Shown here one piece after another: positions 51,010-60,083 of a stretch of 64,000 nucleotides of DNA. A model generated the notes under the pieces. That model was given only the letters and a program-made list of their open reading frames with translations, made no database searches and had not been told where the DNA came from. Made by a program: the position numbers and the translations under genes. The DNA is taken from positions 4,902 to 68,901 of the forward strand of contig JBBACS010000003.1 in the NCBI GenBank assembly GCA_041656855.1, given 5' to 3'. Position 1 is the first letter of the stretch. Every line of letters begins with the position of its first letter. The stretch is from Minisyncoccota bacterium. Its GTDB lineage: Bacteria; Patescibacteriota; Minisyncoccia; Phycocordibacterales; GWA1-40-21.

Positions 51010-51306
51010 ATGAAAAAAATATTTTTTCTAGCGCTCATTGTAGTAGCATTTAGCAATATGGCTTTCGCAGGCGAGATATCTGCATCAAAGGATCTGAGCT
51101 TCAAACCCACAGAAATTTTCTGCCCAATGGTTTTAAATGAAAAACTGACAAAAGGGTGGGTAGATGAACATTTATTTCAGGCAGACAGTATAAAAATAGA
51201 GCCTCCTGAAATGATCTACGAAGTGATTCTCAATGTTTATAATATGGCAAAAAATGCAAATTCAGAAAAAAATGTGCCGAAAATAGTTTGGTACATTTTG
51301 TTTTAA
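51010..51306 (+). CDS. small secreted protein, hypothetical (strong SD)
   Basis: 98 aa. Signal MKKIFFLALIVVAFSNMAFA. SD cAAGGAGGaaatATG. Terminator at 51308-51350. Confidence 0.6.
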   Translation: MKKIFFLALIVVAFSNMAFAGEISASKDLSFKPTEIFCPMVLNEKLTKGWVDEHLFQADSIKIEPPEMIYEVILNVYNMAKNANSEKNVPKIVWYILF

Positions 51307-51409
51307 TAACGGGCGGGATTGTTTAAATACAATCTCGCCTGTTTTGTTTTTATACAATAATATTCAGTATTTATTTGCATTTTCACAATAAATATGCTAA
51401 TTTATACAC

Positions 51410-51673
51410 ATGTTAACAAAGACGAAAAAAGCAAAAGTAATAAAGGAAGTTGCAACACATGGCACAGATACTGGTTCTCCAGAGGTTCAAATTGCTATAC
51501 TTTCAAAAAGAATTGAGGAATTAACTAAACATTTAAAGAAAAATGCTAAAGATAATCACTCAAGAAGAGGATTACTCGGAATGGTTGCTGATAGAAGAAA
51601 ACACCTAAAATACTTACAAAAAACTTCACCAAAAAGATACGAAGCTATAATGAAGAAGGTAGAACTTAAATAA
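51410..51673 (+). CDS. rpsO: 30S ribosomal protein S15
   Basis: GTDTGSPEVQIAILSKRIEELTKHLKKNAKDNHSRRGLLGMVADRRKHLKYL. Confidence 0.95.
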   Translation: MLTKTKKAKVIKEVATHGTDTGSPEVQIAILSKRIEELTKHLKKNAKDNHSRRGLLGMVADRRKHLKYLQKTSPKRYEAIMKKVELK

Positions 51674-51719
51674 ACAAAAAATCCCCTTTAGGGGATTTTT
51701 TGTTTATTTAAGTTCTACC
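51658..51719 (+). terminator. 62-nt perfect hairpin (29-bp stem) overlapping the last 5 codons and stop of rpsO
   Basis: ggtagaacttaaataaacaaaaaatcccc-ttta-ggggattttttgtttatttaagttctacc. Confidence 0.85.
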
Positions 51720-51893
51720 CCGTAGGCAAACCACTATTCTCAACATAATACTATCTAAACCTACAAGACCTATGACTTTAAATAACAACAAAACTCTATA
51801 TATTTGGTTTGTTGTACTGGGGGAGAATTCAATTCATGATATAATTCACTTAGGTCGATGATTAACAATATTTAAATAATTTTTATACACAAA

Positions 51894-52418
51894 ATGAGCG
51901 TAATTAAACATAAAGGACAGAGAGTAGGAATTTTTATAGATACACAAAATATTTATCACTCCGCAAAAAATTTGTATGGAGCAAAAGTAAATTTTGGACA
52001 AGTAGTAAAAGATGCACTTGATGGAAGAGTTTTAATAAGAGCAACAGCATACGTTATCACAACAGAATCAGGAGATGAGAAAAATTTCTTTGAAGCATTA
52101 AGTAAAGTGGGTATAACAACCAAAACGAAGAACTTGCAGATTTTTGCAGGTGGCTCAAAAAAAGGGGATTGGGATGTAGCTATGGCCATTGATGCAATTT
52201 CACTTTCACCCAAGCTAGATGCGGTTATTTTGGTAACAGGAGATGGAGATTTCATACCATTAGTTGAATATTTGAAAATAACCCAAGGATGTCAGGTAGA
52301 ATTGGTCTCATTTGGTAAATCAACATCAGGAAAACTAGTAGAAACTGTGGATGATTTTATGGATTTGGACAAAGAACCATATAAATACCTTATTAGGCAA
52401 GGAAATAGAAGGCAATAA
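51894..52418 (+). CDS. NYN-domain (LabA/DUF88-like) putative ribonuclease
   Basis: RVGIFIDTQNIYHSAKN, KGDWDVAMAIDA and VILVTGDGDFIPLVEYL. Confidence 0.8.
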   Translation: MSVIKHKGQRVGIFIDTQNIYHSAKNLYGAKVNFGQVVKDALDGRVLIRATAYVITTESGDEKNFFEALSKVGITTKTKNLQIFAGGSKKGDWDVAMAIDAISLSPKLDAVILVTGDGDFIPLVEYLKITQGCQVELVSFGKSTSGKLVETVDDFMDLDKEPYKYLIRQGNRRQ

Positions 52419-52451
52419 AAAAATGGTGGACTATATTTAGTCCACCATTTT

Positions 52452-52709
52452 TTACTTAATTAAAAGCTTTGTTATTTCCTTCAATTTTCCCTCAGAAACG
52501 GCTAACTCTGAGGTCACCGTGCGCAAATCACTTTCAGCGGTTGTTAATTGTTCATCCAGACTGTCTCTTTGTTTCTCAATATCCAAAAATTCCTCAATCT
52601 TTTCTGGCAGACGATCCTTGCAGATCTGATCACCGCAAGTCACACCATCAATGGACTTGTGCATAACTCCCGAGCCACAAACAACACAAACTGAAAGCCT
52701 GTCTGACAT
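52452..52709 (-). CDS. small zinc-ribbon plus coiled-coil protein, hypothetical
   Basis: 85 aa. CVVCGSG...CGDQIC. SD atAGGAGGtctttaaaATG. It shares a bidirectional terminator (52418-52454) with the NYN gene. Confidence 0.55.
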   Translation of the reverse strand: MSDRLSVCVVCGSGVMHKSIDGVTCGDQICKDRLPEKIEEFLDIEKQRDSLDEQLTTAESDLRTVTSELAVSEGKLKEITKLLIK

Positions 52710-52922
52710 TTTAAAGACCTCCTATTTAGTTTTTACTTCTAAAGAAATGGTCGCACAGGGCATACTTATTGTCAATTTATCTAACTTTTAAAAAAAAGTT
52801 TTTGTGCTACTATAAATCCAACCTTTTATAAGGGATTTATTAGTTGCTAATTTATTTGCCAGCAAATAAACAGTTTAGAACATTTTCGTTCTGATCTGAA
52901 ATTTGTTGGTAAATCTAAAGAA

Positions 52923-55076
52923 ATGAAAACACAACAATTTTCAATGGAACTTGGTGGTAAAACACTTAGTGCTGAGTTCAATGATTTGGTAGAAAATGCG
53001 AACGGTTCAGTTATTTTAAGATATGGTGCGACAGCAGTTCTCGCAACCGCTGTTATGTCAAAACACCAAAAGGAAGGTGCGGGATTTTTCCCATTAACAG
53101 TAGATTACGAGGAAAAGTTTTATGCTACAGGACAAATCCTTGGTAGCAGATACACAAGAAGAGAAGGAAAACCTTCTGATGACGCTATTCTTTCAGGAAG
53201 AATTACAGACAGAACAATCCGTCCACTTTTTGAACAATGGATTAGAAATGAAATACAAGTAGTCCTTACTGTACTTTCTCTAGACCAAGATGATCCAGAT
53301 ACACTCGGCGTTATCGCGGCTTCACTTGCAATTGGAGTATCAAATATCCCTTTCAATGGGCCAGTTAGCTCAATAAGAATTGCAAAACATAAAACTGATG
53401 GTTTTCAAATAAACCCAACATATGTTGAAAGAGATAATGAAACTTATGATCTTGATCTTCTTGCTTGTGGAAAAGATGGAAATATAAACATGATAGAGCT
53501 TGGTGGAGATGAAACTCAAGAATCTTCTGCTGTTGAGGCACTCAAACTTGCATCTACAGAAATTGAAAAAATAAATAAATGGCAATCTGAAATAATTGCA
53601 AAAATTGGAGTAAAAAAATTGGTATTAGTTGCTCCTGTAATGCCAGAATCTGTAAAAAAACTTTTTGCAGATAAAATAGAAGGTAAATTTGCTACAACGG
53701 TGATGAGTGGAATTCCTGGTCATGAAAAAATAAACGAAATAACAGAAGAATGGATGAAAATGGCAGAAAAAACTCTTACTGAAGAAGAATTTGAATTCGC
53801 AGAAAGATATATGGAAGAAAAGCTTGATAACCTGATACACGAACAAGTTCTAAAGTTTGATAAAAGAGCTGACGGAAGAGGGTTGGATCAACTTAGACCT
53901 TTATTTGCACAAGCTGGTGGAGTTTCACCGATGCTTCATGGTTCAGGAATATTTTATAGAGGGGGAACTCACGTCCTTTCTGTACTTACTCTTGGCGGAC
54001 CAAAAGACGCTCAAACAATAGAAGGTATTGAAAACAAAGATCTAACAAAGAAATTCATGCACCATTATAATTTCCCTCCATTTTCAACAGGGGAAACAGG
54101 AAGAATGGGTGGAACAAATAGAAGAATGATTGGTCATGGTAACCTTGCTGAAAAAGCATTGCTTCCAATGATTCCGAGTAATAAAGATTTCCCTTATACA
54201 ATAAGACTTGTTTCAGAAGCGCTTTCTTCAAATGGTTCAACTTCAATGGGATCTGTTTGCGGATCTACAATTGCACTTATGGATGGAGGAGTTCCAATAA
54301 AAAGACCAGTAGCTGGTATAGCGAGCGGACTTATGTCAGATGGAAAAGGAACATTTAAAGTTCTTACAGATATTCAAGGACCAGAAGATCATTACGGAGA
54401 TATGGATTTTAAAGTTGCAGGAACAACACAAGGAGTCACAGCAATTCAAATGGATGTAAAAGTTGGAGGTATTCCAATAGATGTTCTAGCGATTGCATTT
54501 GAAAAAGCAAAAGCTGCAAGATTACAAATATTAAAAGTAATAGCTGGCGCTATCTCAGAAACAAGAAAAGACATTTCCAATAATGCTCCAAAAATATTAG
54601 TAATAAAAATTAAACCAGACCAAATCGGTGGAGTAATCGGCTCAGGAGGAAAAACTATTAAAGCGATTAAGGAAAAAACTGGTGCTGAAGTTGATATTGA
54701 TGACGACGGAACAGTCTATCTAACAGGGAAAAATGGCTCTGCAGAAAAAGCTAAAATGATTGTTGAAAGTATGACCCATGAGTACAAACCGGGAGAAAAA
54801 TTTGAAGGAACAGTGGTCAGAGTAGAAGCTTTCGGAGCATTCGTAAATATTGGATATGAAACAGATGGTCTTGTCCACGTTTCAGAAATTGCACCATTTA
54901 GAGTAGACAATGTTAGCGACTATCTAAAGATCGGAGACAAAGTTCCAGTAGTCGTAAAAGAAATAGATGAAAGAGAAAGAATTGCTTTGTCTATTAAAGC
55001 TACAGCTCCAGATTTTATAAAGAGAAAAACACCACCAACAGGAACTATTCCACCAGCTGGACCAGCAAAAATATAG
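52923..55076 (+). CDS. pnp: polyribonucleotide nucleotidyltransferase (PNPase)
   Basis: Two RNase PH domains (FPLTVDYEEKFYA, RADGR, MHHYNFPPFSTGE, SNGSTSM, GDMDFKVAGT), a KH domain (IGGVIGSGGKTIK) and an S1 domain (GAFVNIG..DGLVHVSE). Confidence 0.95.
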   Translation: MKTQQFSMELGGKTLSAEFNDLVENANGSVILRYGATAVLATAVMSKHQKEGAGFFPLTVDYEEKFYATGQILGSRYTRREGKPSDDAILSGRITDRTIRPLFEQWIRNEIQVVLTVLSLDQDDPDTLGVIAASLAIGVSNIPFNGPVSSIRIAKHKTDGFQINPTYVERDNETYDLDLLACGKDGNINMIELGGDETQESSAVEALKLASTEIEKINKWQSEIIAKIGVKKLVLVAPVMPESVKKLFADKIEGKFATTVMSGIPGHEKINEITEEWMKMAEKTLTEEEFEFAERYMEEKLDNLIHEQVLKFDKRADGRGLDQLRPLFAQAGGVSPMLHGSGIFYRGGTHVLSVLTLGGPKDAQTIEGIENKDLTKKFMHHYNFPPFSTGETGRMGGTNRRMIGHGNLAEKALLPMIPSNKDFPYTIRLVSEALSSNGSTSMGSVCGSTIALMDGGVPIKRPVAGIASGLMSDGKGTFKVLTDIQGPEDHYGDMDFKVAGTTQGVTAIQMDVKVGGIPIDVLAIAFEKAKAARLQILKVIAGAISETRKDISNNAPKILVIKIKPDQIGGVIGSGGKTIKAIKEKTGAEVDIDDDGTVYLTGKNGSAEKAKMIVESMTHEYKPGEKFEGTVVRVEAFGAFVNIGYETDGLVHVSEIAPFRVDNVSDYLKIGDKVPVVVKEIDERERIALSIKATAPDFIKRKTPPTGTIPPAGPAKI

Positions 55077-55126
55077 TTTTAAAATTATACTAAAAACATC
55101 GGGACAAAACCGGTGTTTTTTAGTTC

Positions 55127-55260
55127 ACCCGTTAAAGTTTTTGCCAATGTTATTGAAAATGAATATTTATGATATCATTCTAATTACAGAAAAAACCATT
55201 TTACTAAATGTTATTAAATGGACACAATAACATTTTCTTTGGCAAAAATTTTTCTCGGGT
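55127..55260 (-). repeat. TIR-bounded intergenic element, copy C (134 bp, inverted relative to A and B)
   Basis: ACCCGTTAAAGTTTTTGCCAA (55127-55147) ... TTGGCAAAAATTTTTCTCGGGT (55239-55260). It lies between the pnp terminator and the ATG at 55285. Confidence 0.7.
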
Positions 55261-55284
55261 AAATAATTATCTAAATAAATCACT

Positions 55285-56382
55285 ATGGACGAAGAACTTC
55301 CACCATTAGTACAAACGAATAATGTTGATCCAAAAATGAAAGCAGATGTTGTGAACCAACTAGATTCTTTTATTAATCCCGCAGCTAAACCAAAAACTAA
55401 CAATATCAATGCTGCATCATATTACTCAGGAGCTGGAAAAGAAGAACCATTAATAAAAATAACAAATATGCCAGCACAGGATACAGCTATTCCACAAAAA
55501 CAAAATAGACCTATAGTGAGAACATATAAAAGTGATGTTGAAGAAACTATCCAAACAAGCCACATATCTTCTATCAATATTGCAATGGCAGAAAATAGAA
55601 AAATGCTAGGCCAAGCAAAACAAACAGAAATAGAAACAAAAAAATCTGGACTAAATAAAAATATCTTAATCATAAGTCTAATATTAATTGTTGGAGGAGG
55701 TTTAACATTCCTAGTGCCACAATTTCTACTCCAGATGAAATATGGAGAAAAAAAGGTTCCAGTGGAAACAGTAGATTCTAAACCAATAATGACTGTTGAT
55801 ATAAGTGAGAAAATCAATCTTAAAGACATAGATTTAAGTAGAGTAAGCACTACCTTAAAAGAAAGAGTGCTCCAGTCAAAAACTAATCTCGGACAAATAA
55901 AAAACATATTTTTCACAGAAGGAGATGGGGTAGACGAAAAGTTAATCACGGCAAGTACTTTTTTGACATTAATAAAGTCAAATATACCATCAGAGATACA
56001 AAGAACACTTAAAGATCCTTACATGTTTGGTTTGCACAATTATAATGGCAATCAAAAATTTCTTATACTAAAAGTCGGCTCATATGATACAACATTCTCA
56101 GGAATGCTATATTGGGAAACAAACTTATGGCAAGATTTTAAAGAATTATTTGACTTAAAATCAGAAAACTCTACGCCAGAAAATTCATTTGCAATAGAAA
56201 TCAGAAAATTCCAGGATGCCACATTTGATAATAAAGACTGCAGAGTGATTAAAGATTCTGGAGGTAATATAATATTTTTGTATTCAATAATAGACGAAAA
56301 TACCATAGTCATTACAACAAGCACAGATACTCTGAAAGAAATCATAAACAGAGTAAGTAAAGCTAGAGTAGTTACTCAATAA
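55285..56382 (+). CDS. hypothetical membrane-anchored protein
   Basis: 365 aa. Low-complexity N-terminus, one TM (ILIISLILIVGGGLTFLV) and a C-terminal globular part. Confidence 0.6.
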   Translation: MDEELPPLVQTNNVDPKMKADVVNQLDSFINPAAKPKTNNINAASYYSGAGKEEPLIKITNMPAQDTAIPQKQNRPIVRTYKSDVEETIQTSHISSINIAMAENRKMLGQAKQTEIETKKSGLNKNILIISLILIVGGGLTFLVPQFLLQMKYGEKKVPVETVDSKPIMTVDISEKINLKDIDLSRVSTTLKERVLQSKTNLGQIKNIFFTEGDGVDEKLITASTFLTLIKSNIPSEIQRTLKDPYMFGLHNYNGNQKFLILKVGSYDTTFSGMLYWETNLWQDFKELFDLKSENSTPENSFAIEIRKFQDATFDNKDCRVIKDSGGNIIFLYSIIDENTIVITTSTDTLKEIINRVSKARVVTQ

Positions 56383-56385
56383 CTT

Positions 56386-56452
56386 GCCGGGTAGTAGATT
56401 TTGGCATTACGCATTTGCGTTTGAAAAACGATGCCAAAATTCACTACCCGGC
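56386..56452 (+). terminator. long hairpin (22-nt arms, 20/22 paired) between 55285..56382 and the dksA-like gene
   Basis: gccgggtagtagattttggcat, a 23-nt loop, then atgccaaaattcactacccggc. Confidence 0.6.
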
Positions 56453-56489
56453 TTGTTTAATCAATAAAGTTTGCTACAATTCACTCATT

Positions 56490-56846
56490 ATGAAAGACAC
56501 AAAAAAATTCAAAGTTAAATTAGAAAAAGAACTCAAATTGGTAGAAAAAGAAATGAGTGAAATAGCAAGAAAAAACCCAACAAATCCTAAAGATTGGGAA
56601 CCTGTTGAGACTGATATGAGTTCAGATCCCGCAGATGAGAATGATGTGGCAGACGAAATGGAAAGTTTCGGCGAAAATAATGCGGTATTGAACAGGCTTG
56701 AACCTCAATACAATGATATAAAAGACGCATTAGAAAGAATAAATAAGGGAACTTATGGAAAATGCGAGGTTGGAGGAGAAGAAATACCAGAAGAAAGGCT
56801 TGAAGCTAATCCATCAGCGAGAACTTGTATCAAACACTCAAAGTAA
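56490..56846 (+). CDS. DksA/TraR-family protein with a degenerate zinc finger
   Basis: Coiled coil plus LERINKGTYGKCEVGGEEIPEERLEANPSARTCIKH. Only 2 of the usual 4 Cys are present. ATG at 56490. Confidence 0.7.
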   Translation: MKDTKKFKVKLEKELKLVEKEMSEIARKNPTNPKDWEPVETDMSSDPADENDVADEMESFGENNAVLNRLEPQYNDIKDALERINKGTYGKCEVGGEEIPEERLEANPSARTCIKHSK

Positions 56847-57049
56847 AACTTCTAAATCTGGTGCATTTCTTCGTCATTTAGATTTTTTCTTTCCTGCGCA
56901 GTAGATTTACTACAGCTTAGTCAATAAAAAATCTAATTCCTCGAACTGCATCCATATTAAAAAGTTTTCAAAAATAAAAAATGGTTTCCGCTTTGCGGAA
57001 ATCATTTTTTATTTTGTTTTTATTTTTTTACATGTATAATGTTTCTTGA

Positions 57050-58618
57050 ATGAGCTTTGCAAAAACTTCCAGTGCACAGACTATCGGTCTTGGTGCAAAA
57101 ATAATTGATGTTGAAATAGATCTTTCAAAAGGTCTGCACTCTTTCACTATAGTCGGGCTTCCAGACAAAGGGGTGGAAGAATCTCGCGACAGAGTATCAG
57201 CTTCAATTAAAAATAGCGGTTTTACATCTCCTAAAAGTTTAAATCAAAAAGTTGTTGTCTCTCTTGCTCCTGCTGATATAAAGAAAGAAGGTCCTGCTTT
57301 TGATGTAGCAATTTCTCTTGCATATTTACTCGCTAGTGGTGAAATAGAATTTGATGCAAAGAAAATACTTTTTCTAGGTGAACTTTCTCTTGATGGAAAC
57401 TTAAGAAAAATAAACGGCGTGCTTCCCATAGTTGCTGAAGCAAAAGATCGTGGCTTTGAACAAGTTTTCTTACCAAAAGATAACGCGAAAGAAGCTGCGC
57501 TCGTTTCAGATATAAAAATATATGGAGCAAATACATTAAAAGAAATTATTGAGCATTTGAATACGAAACAAATAAATAAAAAGTCAGGGACTGCTATAGT
57601 ACAAACAAAAAAGATAGAACAGCAATCACAAACAGAAATAATAGTGGAGGATGATGAATTACTTATAGATTTTAGTGAAATAAAAGGACAGGAAACCGCA
57701 AAAAGAGGTTTAGAAATTGCAGCTGCAGGTGGACACAATATCGCTATGTATGGACCTCCAGGAACTGGTAAAACGATGCTGGCGAAGGCCTTTTCACATA
57801 TTCTACCTTCACTATCATTTGATGAGATACTAGAAATTACTTCAATTCACTCTGTTGCAGGAGTATTAAAAAAAGATATTATTACAAAATCACCAGTTCG
57901 AGCTCCTCATCACACAGCTTCATATGTTTCTATTGTTGGTGGAGGAACAATTCCAAAACCCGGAGAAATAACTCTCGCACACCGTGGAGTATTATTCTTA
58001 GATGAATTTCCAGAGTTTGATAGAAAAGTAATTGAAACACTTCGTGAACCACTTGAAGAAAGTGAGATAAGTATTTCTCGTTCTCGTGGAACAGTAACTT
58101 TTCCGGCAAACTTTATACTTATTGCAGCTATGAATCCATGTCCATGCGGAAATTTCGGTTCAAAAACAAAAGAATGTATTTGCAAACCAACAGATTTGCT
58201 CAGGTATCAAAGAAAAATCTCAGGACCTATCATAGATAGAATAGACATGTGGGTTGAGGTCTCACAAATCAATTATGAAAAGCTTGGGGAGAAAGAATCT
58301 GATAAAAAAGAAACTACAGAAATAAAAAATAGAGTAATAAAAGCTAGAGAAATACAAAAAGAAAGATTTACCGAAGCCAAAAGGAAAATAAAGACAAATA
58401 GTGAGATGGAAGCTAAAGATATTAATAAAATCGCTCTGCTTGAAGATAGTGCAAAAGAAATATTAAATACTTCAGCCAAAAAATTGGATTTATCAGCACG
58501 TGCTTATCATAGAATAATAAAACTTGGCAGAACTATTGCAGATTTAGATGGAAGCAAAACAATTAAATCTTCTCACATACTTGAAGCGTTGCAATATAGA
58601 CCGAAGAGAAATATATAG
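57050..58618 (+). CDS. comM: YifB/ComM-family Mg-chelatase-like AAA+ ATPase
   Basis: IVGLPDKGVEESRDRV, MYGPPGTGKTMLA, GVLFLDEFPEF, LIAAMNPCPCG and DRIDM. Confidence 0.9.
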   Translation: MSFAKTSSAQTIGLGAKIIDVEIDLSKGLHSFTIVGLPDKGVEESRDRVSASIKNSGFTSPKSLNQKVVVSLAPADIKKEGPAFDVAISLAYLLASGEIEFDAKKILFLGELSLDGNLRKINGVLPIVAEAKDRGFEQVFLPKDNAKEAALVSDIKIYGANTLKEIIEHLNTKQINKKSGTAIVQTKKIEQQSQTEIIVEDDELLIDFSEIKGQETAKRGLEIAAAGGHNIAMYGPPGTGKTMLAKAFSHILPSLSFDEILEITSIHSVAGVLKKDIITKSPVRAPHHTASYVSIVGGGTIPKPGEITLAHRGVLFLDEFPEFDRKVIETLREPLEESEISISRSRGTVTFPANFILIAAMNPCPCGNFGSKTKECICKPTDLLRYQRKISGPIIDRIDMWVEVSQINYEKLGEKESDKKETTEIKNRVIKAREIQKERFTEAKRKIKTNSEMEAKDINKIALLEDSAKEILNTSAKKLDLSARAYHRIIKLGRTIADLDGSKTIKSSHILEALQYRPKRNI

Positions 58619-58701
58619 TATAAAGTATTCGGTATACAAAATTCAAAATATAAAAGGCGGGCTGTAATCAGCCCGCCTTTTAATTTATATTTTATTTAAA
58701 A

Positions 58702-59718
58702 TTACTTAGACAATGGGTTCAAAGCTCCACGAACCTCAAAGTGTAAGTGTGGTCCAGTTGAATGTCCTGTATTTCCTGTGCGTCCAATTATTTGCCCTTG
58801 GTAAACTAAATCTCCAGCATTTACATTTACTGCGCTCAAGTGACCATAAACAGTTTGTGTTCCGTTGTAATGAGAAATAATTATATATTTTCCATAACCT
58901 CCATTATATCCTGAGGCCTTTGCGAGAATTACTTGTCCTGCTGCAGCTGCATGCAAAGTTGAACCAGTTGGTATTCCAATATCCACAGCATTATATCCAT
59001 GTATATTTTGTGTTCTTACTCCACCAAGCACTGGTCTTATGTAATAATCTCCAAGGTCAGCGCCACTTCCACCCTTATATGGGTTTGCTTTAAATACAGT
59101 TTTTGTTGTTCCACTAATTTTTGTGGTTCCTTCACCGTCGGGAATAACAATTGTGTCTCCTACAGCAAGCACGGTATTAGAATCAAATTCATTAAATTGA
59201 GCTATTTCGCCTTCATCGGCTTTATACTTTTTGGCAATAGATTTTAATGTATCACCTTTAACCACCGTGTGAATTGTTCCTGAAACAGGCAAAATAATAA
59301 GATCTTGTCCTTCTTTTATCGTGGCTGAAGTGAGATCATTAGCCCAAACGATAGTATTTGTGGTAACTCCATACATTTTTGCAATAGATGCTAAATTATC
59401 TCCTTTTCTTACAGTGTATGTGCTAATTTGTCCTGTTGAAACAGTATCTAGAACATCCGCAAGAGTTCCTGATGGTCCACTTTCTGATACGAGTGCTTCG
59501 CCACCATCGGTAGTAGAGATATCACCGCCTCCAACAGCTGCATTCAAATCAAAATTAACTGCACTTGTAAGAAGTTGTACATTTTGTGAATTTACTTCAA
59601 CTATTTCATCTGTTCCTTGAGAATTACCCGAAAGCAAATCCGTCACGAAAGATATAAATCCAGCATTTGCGGTGATAGGAAAGATTGAAACCAAGTTGAA
59701 AGCAAGCAAAAGGACCAT
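58702..59718 (-). CDS. LysM-domain M23-family peptidase
   Basis: Two LysM domains (YTVRKGDNLASIAKMYGV and HTVVKGDTLKSIAKKYKA) plus M23 motifs (YGHLSAVNV, GNTGHSTGPHLHFEV). Confidence 0.9.
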   Translation of the reverse strand: MVLLLAFNLVSIFPITANAGFISFVTDLLSGNSQGTDEIVEVNSQNVQLLTSAVNFDLNAAVGGGDISTTDGGEALVSESGPSGTLADVLDTVSTGQISTYTVRKGDNLASIAKMYGVTTNTIVWANDLTSATIKEGQDLIILPVSGTIHTVVKGDTLKSIAKKYKADEGEIAQFNEFDSNTVLAVGDTIVIPDGEGTTKISGTTKTVFKANPYKGGSGADLGDYYIRPVLGGVRTQNIHGYNAVDIGIPTGSTLHAAAAGQVILAKASGYNGGYGKYIIISHYNGTQTVYGHLSAVNVNAGDLVYQGQIIGRTGNTGHSTGPHLHFEVRGALNPLSK

Positions 59719-60083
59719 AAACCATCTTGTATAAATGGCTAAAAATATAGGTCTTATGGATTGATTCTTAGTGATAACTTCACTTCTAGAATCAGTTTTA
59801 GTAGTTTTTCTTAAAATAAGCCGATTTTATTAAGGGAATTCTGTATTTTCTGAATGTTAATGGCTCTGTTGAGCCATATTTCAGTGGTTAAGCATCATTT
59901 ACGGTACAAGGACAATGATACCACCTGGACAATCTCGGTCAACCTACTTATCAACAGTACAACTGTTAATTATTAGTGGATATCTTTCTTGTTAAGGGCA
60001 TTCGAAAAACAAAAATACCTAGTTTTTATTTGATTTATTTAAAAACTAGTAGCTTATACCTAGTCCATGTTATATTAGTGCGG

